31,327 nt of DNA. Source: Kofleriaceae bacterium (GTDB lineage: Bacteria; Myxococcota_A; Polyangia; Haliangiales; Haliangiaceae). The translations under genes were made by a program, and so were the position numbers. Below are positions 22,101 through 31,326 of this stretch, piece by piece (within the stretch, counting starts at the first letter, position 1; each line of letters opens with the position of its first letter). Under the pieces are notes generated by a model. It had not been told where the DNA came from. It saw only the letters and a program-made list of their open reading frames with translations, and searched no databases. Where the stretch lies: contig JBKJLC010000211.1 of NCBI GenBank assembly GCA_046597055.1, positions 1-31,327 of the forward strand, read 5' to 3'.

Positions 22101-24671
22101 GTCCATCGCGCTGGTGCAGTCGGCGTCGGCCGGCCAGTCGGTAGTGCCGTCGTCGTCGTTGTCGAGCCCGTCACCGCAAGCGGGCGCGCCGGTCTCGGTG
22201 GGATCGGTCGCGCTGCTGCAGCTCGGATCGGCCGGCCAGTCGCGCACGCCGTCGCCGTCGTTGTCGAGCCCGTCGCCGCACTGCGGCGTCGGAGGGTTGG
22301 CCTCGCTGCTGTCGGCCGGCGCGTCGCAGCCGATATCGGCCGGAAAGTCGATGAAGCCGTCGCCGTCGTTGTCGAGCCCATCGGAGCAGGCCCGCACGCT
22401 GGTGACGAAGCACGGCAGCGACGGGATGCTGGCCAGCTTGCCGGGCGCGGTCGCCACCGCGGTGACCTCGAGGCCGCCGTAGAGCTCGCCGAACCCGGCG
22501 TAGTCGCTCGACGACCAGGCGCCGCCGGCACCGGCGGTCGAAGTGCCGCGATTCTGCAGGTTGAAGAGCACGGCGACCGCCGCGGTCGCCTCGGACGTGC
22601 CGACGATGGTCGGCGCGGTCGACCCGATCGGACAGGTCACGACCGGGCGCGCGGTGCGGACCGCCCCGACCGGGACCTGCGCCGCTTTCTTGAAGTAGGT
22701 CTCGAAGCTGCCGCCGAAGGCGGACTGGTTGCCCCAGGTCGAGATGTCGAGGCGGTACAGGCCGGTGGCCGTGGGCCCGGGCACGGTCACGTTGAAGGCC
22801 AGGTTGCGGACCTGGCCCGGCGTGTAGTTGAGCGACGCGTTGTAGGTGGGCCGGTTGGTGCCACAGCCGCTGGCACAGAGGAGCGTGGAGGTGACGACCG
22901 GCGCGGTGGTGGTGGCGAGCGTGACGTTCCCGTTGATCGACCAGCCGGTCGGCAGCACCGGGGTCAGCGACTCCTGGCCCCAGATCTCGGTGCCGACGTT
23001 GCTGACCTGACCGGTGATCGGCGCGGTGCCGCCGGCGCTGGCGAACGTGGTCGTCGGGGTCGGATACGCCAGCGTGATCCTGGGCACCGCGATGCCAGCG
23101 ACGATCGTGAGCGCCTGGGTCGAAAATCCCGGCGCCGGCAGCTGATCGGACCGGTAGTTGGCCTCCATCACGTTGGTGGTCTGGCCGGTGCCGCCGACGC
23201 CGAAGGTCGCGGTGATGAGGTACTCGGCCGACGGCTGCTGGGTGCCGAGGTTCCACTGCAGGCACAGCTTGGTGCCGTCGTCGGTGCAGGCGCCCTGGAG
23301 GCTGGGCGCCGGCGTCGCTGACACGAAGCTCTGCCGGCTGCCGTCGTACTTGAGCCGGACGACCACGCCGGTCTCGGCGGTGACCGCGAGGTTCTTGCCG
23401 CGCAGCGAGTACTCGAGCGTGTTGCTCCCGACCGCGAGGGCCCGGTCGACCTCGAGGTCGAACAGCAGGCGCAGGAACACGCACGCCGGCGAGGCGACGT
23501 AGGTCGGCCACGGGTTGTCGCGGGCGCCGGTGTTGCCGCCACGCGACGAGGTGTCGCTGCCGACGACCTCGCCGCAGTCGACGTTGCCGCCGGTCGCGCC
23601 GAAGCCGGGATCGAGCGGCACCCCGGTGACCCGCAGCGCGACCTCGACGTAGCCGGGCTCGCCGGTGCGGGTCTCGCCGAGCGCGACCCGGACCGCGCGG
23701 GCCGCGGCCGGATTCGCCGGCGTCAGATCGACGCCCGTGGCGGTGTCGAGCAGCGACCGGGTGATCGTGCCGGTGGTGCCCATGTCGGGGTTGCCGATGC
23801 CGATCGTCGATCCCGGGTAGCGCACCCGGGTCCAGGGCCCGACGACGTTGTTGAACTGCAGGTTGCCGTTGGCGAGCGCGGTCGCCTCGAAGCGGTAGAA
23901 GGTGTTGGCGCCCGCGACCGGCGACCCGTACAGATACGGTGTGTTGCCGTCGCCGCCGGTGTTGGCGGTCGCGTTGGCGGTGCCGTAGGCGCGGATCTGA
24001 TCCCAGTCCCACTGGTTGTGCGCGAAGTAGGGCCCGGTGGTGTCGCCGAGCAGCGCGACGATGCCCGGCGCGATCGACGCCGGCTGGGGCGACATCGTGA
24101 TGCCGTTGTTGGTCGTGATGAAGACGTTGCTCGGGGTCCGGGCGACCCGGGCGTCGTTGCTGAAGAACACGCCGGTGTCGCCGTGCAGCTGGGCGATCGA
24201 GCCGGTCGAGAAGCTACAGGTGCCGGTGCTGCTGCATGGCAGGCTGGTGAACGTGTTGCACACCGAGCCGCCGATGCAGCCGTCGATCGCGACGCCGGGG
24301 TAGCGCGGCTCGATCGTGTTGCCGTCGAGGTCGGTGAGGCGGACGCCGACCACCTGGGTGTTCGGCGGCAGGTACTCGGTCAAATAGCCCTGGAGACCGC
24401 GGTTGATCTTGTCGGGCACCGGCGAGAACGCGAACTTGAACAGGATGATATCGCCGACCGCGATGCGAACATCCGAGCCGGTGGTGCCGGTCGAGGTGCC
24501 CGACTCGGGGTCGATCACGGCGACGGTCGCGTCGGGCAGCGACTTCGAGGTCATCACCTGGGCGACACCCTCGCCGCGCGCGGACTGGATCAGCGCCCCG
24601 CCGAGCACGAGGGCGCTGATCCCGGCGAGGGCGATCAGGCTGGCCGGGGAATGAGGCGTGGGCTTCTTCAT
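19098..24671 (-). CDS. Giant (1857 aa) cell-surface protein: signal peptide, unassigned N-domain, Ig/DUF11-like region, Asp-rich repeats, vWA, Cys/Asp stalk, MYXO-CTERM-like anchor
   Basis: ATG 24671 with GAGG upstream; 4x CxDGLDNDGDG..D..ADxxC-type repeats; vWA MIDAS FDSSGSM...TPLA...LVTDG; 8x ExCNGxDDDCDxxxDE; C-terminus GGGCSTGGGPSNGLVAIALLGLIGRRRR. Confidence 0.9.
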   Translation of the reverse strand: MKKPTPHSPASLIALAGISALVLGGALIQSARGEGVAQVMTSKSLPDATVAVIDPESGTSTGTTGSDVRIAVGDIILFKFAFSPVPDKINRGLQGYLTEYLPPNTQVVGVRLTDLDGNTIEPRYPGVAIDGCIGGSVCNTFTSLPCSSTGTCSFSTGSIAQLHGDTGVFFSNDARVARTPSNVFITTNNGITMSPQPASIAPGIVALLGDTTGPYFAHNQWDWDQIRAYGTANATANTGGDGNTPYLYGSPVAGANTFYRFEATALANGNLQFNNVVGPWTRVRYPGSTIGIGNPDMGTTGTITRSLLDTATGVDLTPANPAAARAVRVALGETRTGEPGYVEVALRVTGVPLDPGFGATGGNVDCGEVVGSDTSSRGGNTGARDNPWPTYVASPACVFLRLLFDLEVDRALAVGSNTLEYSLRGKNLAVTAETGVVVRLKYDGSRQSFVSATPAPSLQGACTDDGTKLCLQWNLGTQQPSAEYLITATFGVGGTGQTTNVMEANYRSDQLPAPGFSTQALTIVAGIAVPRITLAYPTPTTTFASAGGTAPITGQVSNVGTEIWGQESLTPVLPTGWSINGNVTLATTTAPVVTSTLLCASGCGTNRPTYNASLNYTPGQVRNLAFNVTVPGPTATGLYRLDISTWGNQSAFGGSFETYFKKAAQVPVGAVRTARPVVTCPIGSTAPTIVGTSEATAAVAVLFNLQNRGTSTAGAGGAWSSSDYAGFGELYGGLEVTAVATAPGKLASIPSLPCFVTSVRACSDGLDNDGDGFIDFPADIGCDAPADSSEANPPTPQCGDGLDNDGDGVRDWPADPSCSSATDPTETGAPACGDGLDNDDDGTTDWPADADCTSAMDGTEVGYAACQNGLDDDGDGRVDYAGRGAALADPGCHSLFDPDEADPNSTPADAKPRLLIAFDSSGSMNWNTCADVFTGGDGSSECPGSPVSCATCGGVGNTSCANAIADDSRLFKVKAGITDAVASFGEVEYALMRFHQRATDFTCPTVAAGLRSGGWQGGGAAPCGGGFAAGDLVVSFARDNEQTLLGWIDGDSNYLGTPPIGTDQEIRGSGTTPLAGILGSARSYLEQLRTPANDPRLACRPYRVVLVTDGAETCGGDPVAAATALRNAGVFVYVIGFATPDQAVIANLAAIAAAGRPPVNGGPAPAIFVDDEAELSAAIAQIITESVVAERCNGLDDDCDVRIDEDFPDRGEVCTNGQSGTCRRDGTRVCAAGGLGTVCDAAPVTPGTETCNGLDDDCDQRVDEGLGAGCTCSPSSEVCNGLDDDCDGTTDEAPLPGVGTSCGFDVGECGPGTLACENGQLTCAGGTGPVTEVCNTLDDDCDSFTDEVAVACYTFPTGCGPAGCGGQCRPGLQTCTPQGTLGGCTGQVGPTAELCNGLDDDCDGSVDESFPTLGDTCSNGQGGLCAQSGTIVCTAAGTGTTCTAPTVTPGLESCNGQDDDCDTRVDEQLGAPIGETCGGGGSCTGGVFQCVMGAVECVGNAGGQAEVCNGRDDDCDGSIDEPPLPGVGGACTDPLFETIGDTGECTFGVRVCEGGVVACDGYIGPRPEVCNGLDDNCDGMTDDTATCPAGGQTCIAGECAIACNDSEFPCPFGFYCSTGVEGRFCLRDPCLTVTCNPGFACDLVTGMCADLCAGVNCPTGLSCFGGVCQDCFALGCATGEICVRVGNQGACQADPCAGVACAGNEACRDGTCVVVTCDPACPGGQRCVDGACVGDLCANVSCTDQRICRPTDGLCVRDPCGDVRCQPGQACNPGDGMCINDPCQTIQCPAGLDCTVGWDGSGVCDVPRVPERVTVTAAGGGCSTGGGPSNGLVAIALLGLIGRRRRATRAGRATSRR

Positions 24672-24679
24672 GGCGTTCC

Positions 24680-26815
24680 TCACGGGGTGGCCGAACAGCA
24701 GCGGAACCCGAGATTCGGGAAGGCGAAGGTCGGTGCCAGCGCGATGAAGGACAGGTCGCAGGTCAGGCCCTGCTCGACGTTGTCGAACCCGCCGCCGCGC
24801 ACCCGGAACGAGCTGGTGCCGACCGGGGTCGACGTCCACTCGCGCAGGTTGCCCGACAGATCGTAGGCGCCGTAGGTCGACACGCACTGGCTCTGGGCCG
24901 GCGCCGGGCAGCCGTGCCGGGTCCCGGTCGCCACCACGTCGTCGTCGTTGACGCCGACGCAGTTGGGATCGTTGTCGCGACCGTTGCAGGCGGCGGGAAG
25001 GTAGACGTTGCCGTACGGGTAGAGCCGGGGGGTGAGCCCTTCGCACGCGATCTGCCACTCGGACTCGGTGCACAGCCGCTTGCCGGCGGCCGCGCACGCG
25101 GCGGTGGCCTGGTTGTATGTGACGTTACGCCACGGCAGCACGCCCGGCCGCGAGCAGGCGCGATGGCCGGCGGAGCCGAAGTCGTCGAGCGCGGCGTCGG
25201 GCCGCGACGCCTCGTAGGTGTAGACATAGAAGCTGGTCGGGCCGCGGGTCACCGCGACCATCTGGTCGGGCGCGCCCTCGTCGAGGCGGCTGTCACAGTC
25301 GTTGTCGATCGCGTCGCAGACCTCGGCGGTCACGGCGGCGCCGGGGCTGGTGATGTTGCAGGCGAGGCCGCCGCCGCCGGCCGCGCACGCCAGCGTGCCG
25401 GTGCCGCGACAGGCGCCCACCCCGCTGTCGGCGCAGGCCTGGCCCTTGGTCGGGTACGCCTCGTCGATGCGGCCGTCGCAGTCACCATCCAGCTGGTCAC
25501 AGCGCGCCTCCTGCAGCGGCAGGTCTCCGCAGGCCGTGGCCTCGGTCGCCGCGCCGTACTCGCACTGCCAGGTGACCGTGGTGCTGCACGCGTCGGCGGC
25601 GCAGGTCGGGACGGTGCCGCCGCAGGCCCCGGCGGTGCGACAGAAGTTGGCCGGCGGGGTGAGCGCCTCGTCGGTGCGCAGATCGCAGTCGTTGTCGCGG
25701 CCGTCGCACACCTCGGTGCCCGACGGCGTGCACGCGTACTCGCAGCCGTTGCCGGGCAGGCGGTCCTGATCGACGAAGCCGGGCTGACAGGTCGCCACGT
25801 TGCACAGGCCAGCGGTGCAGCCAGCGATCGCGTGCGGCAGGTTGCACGGCGTGCAGCCGCCGCAGAAGCGCGGGTCGTTCTGCTTGTCGAACGGCTCGTC
25901 GACCGGCCCGTCGCAGTCGTCGTCGACGTCGTTGCACACCTCGCTCGACGGCCCGTCGTAGCCGACGCAGGCGAGCACGCCGAACCGGCACTCGACCGTG
26001 CCGAAGGTGCAGGCGCCGGTGTCGCCCAGGCCCTCGAGGCCGGCCTGGGTGCAGGTGCCGCCGACGCCGGCGATCGCGCCCTCGTCGACCCGGCCATCGC
26101 AGTCCTGATCGACGTTGTCGCAGGTCTCGGCCTGGGTCGGGAAGATCGGGCAGGTGTACTCACACCCCACGGTCGCCGGGGCGAGATCCGCGAACCCCGG
26201 GGTGCACGCGCCGAAGCCGCAGGTGCCGGCGGTGCAGGTCGAGGTCGCGTTGAGCGCGCGGCATACGTTGCCGCAGGTGCCGCAGTTCTGCTCGTCGCTG
26301 TCGAGCATCAGGCCCTCGTCCGAGTTGCCATCGCAGTCGTTGTCGACGAGATCGCAGCGCTCGACGCCGCCGTTGGTCGGCGTGCAGAAGTAGTCGCAGC
26401 CGTTGGCCGGGTTGTTGTCGCGATCGACCCAGCCTGGCAGGCAGGTGAACTGACACTGGCTGGTGACGCAGGTGCCGGCGGTGTTCGGCTGCCGGCACGC
26501 GCGATCGCAGCCGCCGCAATGCGCCGGGTTGCGGGTCAGATCGAACGTCTCGTCGACCCGCAGGTCGCAGTCGTCGTCGCGCAGATTGCAGCTCTCGACC
26601 ACGCCCACGCAGGCGTCAGCGCCGGAGCCGCCGTCGGTGGGGATCGGATTGCCGCCGTCATCGACGGCACCGTCGCCCGGGTCGACATCACCGTCGCCCC
26701 CGCCGCCGCCATCGTCGACGGCGCCACCCAGCGTGTACTCCCTCACGTTGCATGCCGCTGCCAGTGCAGCGCACAACATCAAAATGCCGATGGCCGGCGT
26801 GCGACGTCCGAGCAT
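24680..26815 (-). CDS. Lipoprotein (711 aa) with 7 Cys/Asp repeats and a C-terminal FGE-sulfatase/C-lectin-fold domain
   Basis: LCAALAAA-C lipobox; repeats ExCxxxDxDCDxxxDE; tail YEASRP...CAAAGKRLCTESEWQIAC...YPYG...GAYDLSGNLREWT...RGGGF...GFRCC. It ends 8 bp before the next gene's ATG. Confidence 0.9.
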   Translation of the reverse strand: MLGRRTPAIGILMLCAALAAACNVREYTLGGAVDDGGGGGDGDVDPGDGAVDDGGNPIPTDGGSGADACVGVVESCNLRDDDCDLRVDETFDLTRNPAHCGGCDRACRQPNTAGTCVTSQCQFTCLPGWVDRDNNPANGCDYFCTPTNGGVERCDLVDNDCDGNSDEGLMLDSDEQNCGTCGNVCRALNATSTCTAGTCGFGACTPGFADLAPATVGCEYTCPIFPTQAETCDNVDQDCDGRVDEGAIAGVGGTCTQAGLEGLGDTGACTFGTVECRFGVLACVGYDGPSSEVCNDVDDDCDGPVDEPFDKQNDPRFCGGCTPCNLPHAIAGCTAGLCNVATCQPGFVDQDRLPGNGCEYACTPSGTEVCDGRDNDCDLRTDEALTPPANFCRTAGACGGTVPTCAADACSTTVTWQCEYGAATEATACGDLPLQEARCDQLDGDCDGRIDEAYPTKGQACADSGVGACRGTGTLACAAGGGGLACNITSPGAAVTAEVCDAIDNDCDSRLDEGAPDQMVAVTRGPTSFYVYTYEASRPDAALDDFGSAGHRACSRPGVLPWRNVTYNQATAACAAAGKRLCTESEWQIACEGLTPRLYPYGNVYLPAACNGRDNDPNCVGVNDDDVVATGTRHGCPAPAQSQCVSTYGAYDLSGNLREWTSTPVGTSSFRVRGGGFDNVEQGLTCDLSFIALAPTFAFPNLGFRCCSATP

Positions 26816-27192
26816 GATCCCCCTGGCGACCTCGGGCAGTCCCGCGGCCTATCCCGCCATGATGGCGCCATGCGCGCCCGCCGACAAGCAGGTCTCGTCG
26901 CTCAACGGTGAACGGCGCATGTAGGTAGGTGACCCCTGCGCGCCCCGACGCGGGCGCGCACGCGTCCAGCGTCCGACAAGAGGATGAGGCCGAAGAAGTA
27001 GCGGCCTTCATCCGGTCAAGCGGTGCGTGAATCGCCGGGCTACGCGACCGGTGAGGCTATTCACGATCGCGATGCTCCGTGCTCCTGGCAGGAGTCGCGC
27101 GGTAAGGGGCCGGGGACGCGCGCCGGGAGTGCGCGGCCCGCGGGTCCTGCCGCCGAGCGATCACGGGCGACGCCGGCTGCGCCGTTCGATGG

Positions 27193-28449
27193 CTAGCAGC
27201 CGCAGCCCTCGGACGCCTGGCGCTCGAGCGTCACCGTATCGAGCGACAGGGTGCCGTCGGCGCGCGCGCCGAACTGGAAGGTGACCGGGCTGCCGGCTGC
27301 GTAGCACGCGCCCGAGTCGCACGAGGTCGGCAGCCAGTCGGCGAGCGCGCCGGCGCCGATCGCATCGGCGGCGACGGTGTCGCGGGTCGTCGTCGTGTAG
27401 GGATCGCCGTCGCCGTCGTCGGCGGGCACGTCGTCGGGGTCGTACCAGCTGGTGCGGTCGATCGTGACGCGCTCGAGGTCGCCGCCGATCAGGGTCGCCA
27501 CCACCGCCGCCAGCTCGGCCTCGCCGAGATGACCGGCGACGCACAGCGCGCGCACCGCCGCGGCTTCGTCGGTCAGCGGCGCGGCGCCCGGCAGCGAGCC
27601 CGGATCGTCGGCCTCGGCGAGCAGCCCGGCGGCGCGGGCCGCGACCTCGCAGTCGGCCGTGGCCGCGACCGTGCGCACGGTGGTCGCGACGCTGAGGTCG
27701 CGCAGGTCGGCGGGGGCCAGCCGCTCGAGCACCTCGAGCGCCCGCGCCGACGACAGGCCGCCGGCGAGCGCGGCGCGCAGGACCCCGACCGGCGGACGTG
27801 CGCCGAGGTGGTCGAGGCCGACCTCGCGGCCGTGCTCGATCAGCGCGCGCGCGGCGCCGGCCGGGGACAGCCGTCCGACCTGCTCGTCGGCGAGGGCGGT
27901 GTGGTGACCAGCGGCCGCGACCGCGATCAGCCGCAGCCGGAGCTCGTCGTCGCGGTCGGGCACCACCGCAAAGGCGGCGCGCGCCAGCTCGTCCTCGGGG
28001 GCCGGCAGCGCGAGCAGCGCCTCGAGCGCACCGGCGACCGCATGCACGTCGCCCGGCTCGAGGTGCTCGAGCGCCCACAGGGCGAGGTGCCGGCGCAGGC
28101 ACGGGTCGGCCAGCGTGGCGTCGGGCGGCACCGGCTCGAACGAGCGCTCGGTGTCGCCACACCCGATCTCCTCTTCGTGGATCGCCGTGCACGCGAGGTC
28201 GCCGGCGCGGAGGAGCGCGATCGCGACCGGCCGGACCGCGGCGTCGGGCAGCTCGGCGAGCCGGTCCTCCCAGTCGGCGCCGGTCGGCGCCAGCGCGGCC
28301 AGGGCCGCCAGCGCGGCCGGCTCGGTCTGGGTCGAGCTGCGCGCCTCGCGCGGCGCGCGAGTCCCCGGCGGCATGGCCGCGCCGGGCGTCCGTCCGCAGG
28401 CAGCGGTCGCAGCGGCGAGCAGCATGGCGGCGAGGACGGGTGGGCGCAT
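27193..28449 (-). CDS. Hypothetical helical lipoprotein ending in CGC
   Basis: MRPPVLAAMLLAAATAA-C from ATG 28449; consistent GC3-rich coding; acidic loop WYDPDDVPADDGDGDPY. No family recognised. Confidence 0.75.
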   Translation of the reverse strand: MRPPVLAAMLLAAATAACGRTPGAAMPPGTRAPREARSSTQTEPAALAALAALAPTGADWEDRLAELPDAAVRPVAIALLRAGDLACTAIHEEEIGCGDTERSFEPVPPDATLADPCLRRHLALWALEHLEPGDVHAVAGALEALLALPAPEDELARAAFAVVPDRDDELRLRLIAVAAAGHHTALADEQVGRLSPAGAARALIEHGREVGLDHLGARPPVGVLRAALAGGLSSARALEVLERLAPADLRDLSVATTVRTVAATADCEVAARAAGLLAEADDPGSLPGAAPLTDEAAAVRALCVAGHLGEAELAAVVATLIGGDLERVTIDRTSWYDPDDVPADDGDGDPYTTTTRDTVAADAIGAGALADWLPTSCDSGACYAAGSPVTFQFGARADGTLSLDTVTLERQASEGCGC

Positions 28450-28650
28450 GCCGGTACAACGCGGGACCGAGCCCGACCATTCGCACGACCGCACGGCGGC
28501 GCGCCCCGGCGGGATCCTGTCGTCCTGGCCTGAGCTGCACGACGGACGCGCGCGCTGATCCCGGCCGGCGGCCCTCCGCCAGGCCGAGGACAGCGCGGAT
28601 TGGCAGGCGCTGGCGCGACCTGGCAGGGCATGGCGATCCAGTCGGCGACT

Positions 28651-28672
28651 GTGAATCCAAGCGGGAATTCAC
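28651..28672. promoter_or_regulatory. Palindromic candidate activator site
   Basis: GTGAAT-N10-ATTCAC in the divergent intergenic region, about 65-85 bp upstream of a sigma54-like motif. Confidence 0.4.
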
Positions 28673-28737
28673 GCCCGCTCGTTCACGCTCCGGGCCCCTA
28701 GCGGCGACGAATCGCGGTGGTCGGCGCGCGCGCGCGA

Positions 28738-28752
28738 TGGCACCGCCCTTGC
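28738..28752 (+). promoter_or_regulatory. Sigma54 (-24/-12) promoter candidate
   Basis: TGGCAC-CGCCC-TTGC is an exact match to TGGCAC-N5-TTGC and ends 17 bp before the ATG at 28770. Confidence 0.7.
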
Positions 28753-28769
28753 GATGGAGCAGATCCATC

Positions 28770-29453
28770 ATGGCCCACGCTGCTCGCCTCGCCCTTGCCT
28801 GCTCCCTCGCCTCCCTCACCGCCTGCCACACCCTCGCGCTGAAGGTCGACCCCGCGCTGGCCGACGACCGCATGAGCGTGTCGAAGCCGAGCCTGTTCGG
28901 CCGGAGCAACCTGGTCTTCGGCCAGTACGTCGCCGACGACATCGACCGCAGCTGGACCCGCAGCAACTCGAACCAGCGCGGCAACCGCACCGAGACCTCG
29001 TCGCGGCAGACCTACCGGTTCGTGTTCGCGGCCGCCGGCGCCATCACCGACCGGGTCCGCTGCGAGACCGTCTACGCCGAGACCGCCCGGACCTACGGCC
29101 GGCTCCGGATCGACGACGGCCGCCACGGCCTCGGCTGCACGCTCACCGACGCCCAGGGCCGCCCCAGCGGCGAGCTGGTGATGACCGAGGGCAGCCGCCA
29201 CAAGCCGTCGGGCCGCATGTACCACCGCAACATCGCGATCGACCTGGTCCCGTCGGGCCGCGGCGAAGGCACCCGCTTCGAGAGCTTCGATCCGCTCGGC
29301 TACGAGATGCTGGTCGACGGCCAGATGGTCGGCGCGGTGCAGACCGTCAACAGCGGCGCGGTCTGGATCGACCGCGGCGCGCCAGCCGAGCTGCAGGAGT
29401 CGGCGGCGGTCGCGGCCGCGACGCTCCTGCTCTACCGGTCGATCGAAGACTGA
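28770..29453 (+). CDS. Hypothetical beta-rich lipoprotein
   Basis: MAHAARLALACSLASLTA-C; strong GC3 bias; C-terminal GYEMLVDGQMVGAVQTVNSGAVWI...AAATLLLY. No family securely recognised. Confidence 0.8.
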   Translation: MAHAARLALACSLASLTACHTLALKVDPALADDRMSVSKPSLFGRSNLVFGQYVADDIDRSWTRSNSNQRGNRTETSSRQTYRFVFAAAGAITDRVRCETVYAETARTYGRLRIDDGRHGLGCTLTDAQGRPSGELVMTEGSRHKPSGRMYHRNIAIDLVPSGRGEGTRFESFDPLGYEMLVDGQMVGAVQTVNSGAVWIDRGAPAELQESAAVAAATLLLYRSIED

Positions 29454-29489
29454 GCACCGTCGCAGCGGCGGACACGCCCGGGCCGGCTT

Positions 29490-29536
29490 CCCTTCGACTT
29501 CGGGCTCGCAACGAGCCCTTCGCTCAGGGACACCGG
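29490..29536 (+). repeat. REP-like element, copy 4
   Basis: Near-identical to 13398-13444 with a perfect hairpin GGGCTCG-CAA-CGAGCCC. It lies between convergent genes and is followed by another stem-loop (GTGCGGG...CCCGCAC, 29544-29579). Confidence 0.9.
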
Positions 29537-29596
29537 GAAAGATGTGCGGGATCCCGAGGGGCGCCCTTCGACCCCGCACGCGGCCAACGCGGCGGC

Positions 29597-30046
29597 TCAG
29601 TTCTGGGCGGCGTGACCGGCGGCGGCCAGGCGCGCGTGCGCCCAGGCGACCCGGTTGACGAGGACCTGCCAGTCGCCGTCGGTGGGGCGGTCGCCCCACT
29701 TCACCAGCTCGGCCTCGGCGTCCTTGAGATCGACCCGCGCCTTGGCGACGTCGACCTCGCTGCCGAGCATCGCCTGCTCGACCAGCACCTCGACCGCCCC
29801 GGTCGGGTCGACCCGCAGGTACCCGGACGAGACCGCGTAGCGGGTGCGGGTCTTCTCGCCGATCGTCAGCACGCCCGGCTTGAGCGCGGTGAGCAGCGGC
29901 ACGTGTCCGGGCAGGAGCTCGAACTCGCCGAGCTCCCCCGGCGCGGTCAGCCCATCGGCGTCCTGATGCGCGACGACGCCCTTCGGCGTCACCAGGTTGA
30001 CGCCGAGCGTGGTCGACAGCCCGGTCAACTGCTTGGCGTCCGCCAC
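29597..30046 (-). CDS. atpC: F1 ATP synthase subunit epsilon
   Basis: VNLVTPKG...APGELGEFELLPGHVPLLTALKPG...AVSSGYLRV...EVDVAKAR; immediately downstream of atpD. Confidence 0.93.
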   Translation of the reverse strand: MADAKQLTGLSTTLGVNLVTPKGVVAHQDADGLTAPGELGEFELLPGHVPLLTALKPGVLTIGEKTRTRYAVSSGYLRVDPTGAVEVLVEQAMLGSEVDVAKARVDLKDAEAELVKWGDRPTDGDWQVLVNRVAWAHARLAAAGHAAQN

Positions 30047-30048
30047 GG

Positions 30049-31326
<1,278 letters not shown>

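Noticed and set aside
24680..24810. Possible diversity-generating retroelement target (FGE/C-lectin C-terminus RGG...GFR)
   Set aside because: No reverse transcriptase and no template-repeat copy were seen in the window. A remote DGR cannot be excluded without a genome search.
24672..25097. Extension making the giant protein 1999 aa
   Set aside because: It is an alternative frame of the upstream gene; the signal peptide and RBS support ATG 24671.
26856..26870. Minus-strand TGGCGC-CATCA-TGGC as a sigma54 promoter for the surface operon
   Set aside because: The spacing fits but the -12 element is poor, and such matches arise easily at this GC content.
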